From Octopus vulgaris (taxonomy: Eukaryota), in assembly GCA_951406725.2 (NCBI GenBank), contig OX597830.1, positions 53,568,001 through 53,632,000 of the forward strand: a stretch of 64,000 bases of DNA. The letters run 5' to 3'. The notes beneath the pieces were generated by a model. The model searched no databases. It was not told the origin of the DNA and saw only the letters and a program-made list of their open reading frames with translations. Positions 63,901 through 64,000 of the stretch are shown one piece after another. The translations under genes and the position numbers were made by a program. Numbering within the stretch: the first letter of the stretch is position 1; each line of letters begins with the position of its first letter.

Positions 63901-64000
63901 GATTCTATTTATAGATTCTATTTATAGATTCTATTTATAGATTCTATTTATAGTATTTATAGATTCTATTTATCTATTTATAGCTTATATTTTTTTATTT
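48466..64000. repeat. A/T-rich satellite domain: 13-bp (TAGATTCTATTTA)n with (TATT)n, alternating with TTAATTAA/poly-A low-complexity blocks in both orientations
   Basis: 13-mer blocks at about 51790-55310, 57445-59040, 59710-60320, 60875-62345 and 63510-64000. Low-complexity blocks lie between them. No ORFs in the track. Confidence 0.95.

Noticed and set aside
48466-64000. Telomere or mitochondrial control-region insertion
   Set aside because: No TTAGGG arrays and no mitochondrial gene or tRNA remnants.

Overview
Eukaryotic, AT-rich animal genomic DNA. The repeat families suggest an octopus or related cephalopod, which is my inference and not a database result. Two housekeeping genes lie head-to-head. 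The first is the 5' three coding exons of PIK3C3/Vps34 on the minus strand (14647-14577, 5375-5187, 3370-3227; the gene continues left of the window). The second is a complete two-exon PLRG1/Prp46 on the plus strand (22038-22955 + 25448-25960, 476 aa). The rest of 1-48.4 kb is introns and intergenic DNA crowded with tRNA-derived SINEs, decayed RTE, CR1, R4/Dong-like, Tx1/L1-like and Penelope-like retroelements, mariner and Helitron derivatives, microsatellites and a 33-bp minisatellite. From about 48470 to the end there is a 15.5-kb almost pure A/T domain. It is built from a quasi-palindromic 13-bp satellite and TTAATTAA/poly-A low-complexity blocks that repeatedly switch strand (fold-back mosaic), and it may be real heterochromatin or an assembly artefact. 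No CRISPR array, rRNA or true tRNA gene was seen, and most ORF-track entries are spurious microsatellite or repeat translations. The best leads are a SINE sharing its 3' tail with a Tx1-like LINE, the fold-back satellite, the intron-poor PLRG1 whose single intron is bounded by a CAGGTAA direct repeat, and Penelope-derived hairpins with hammerhead-like cores.
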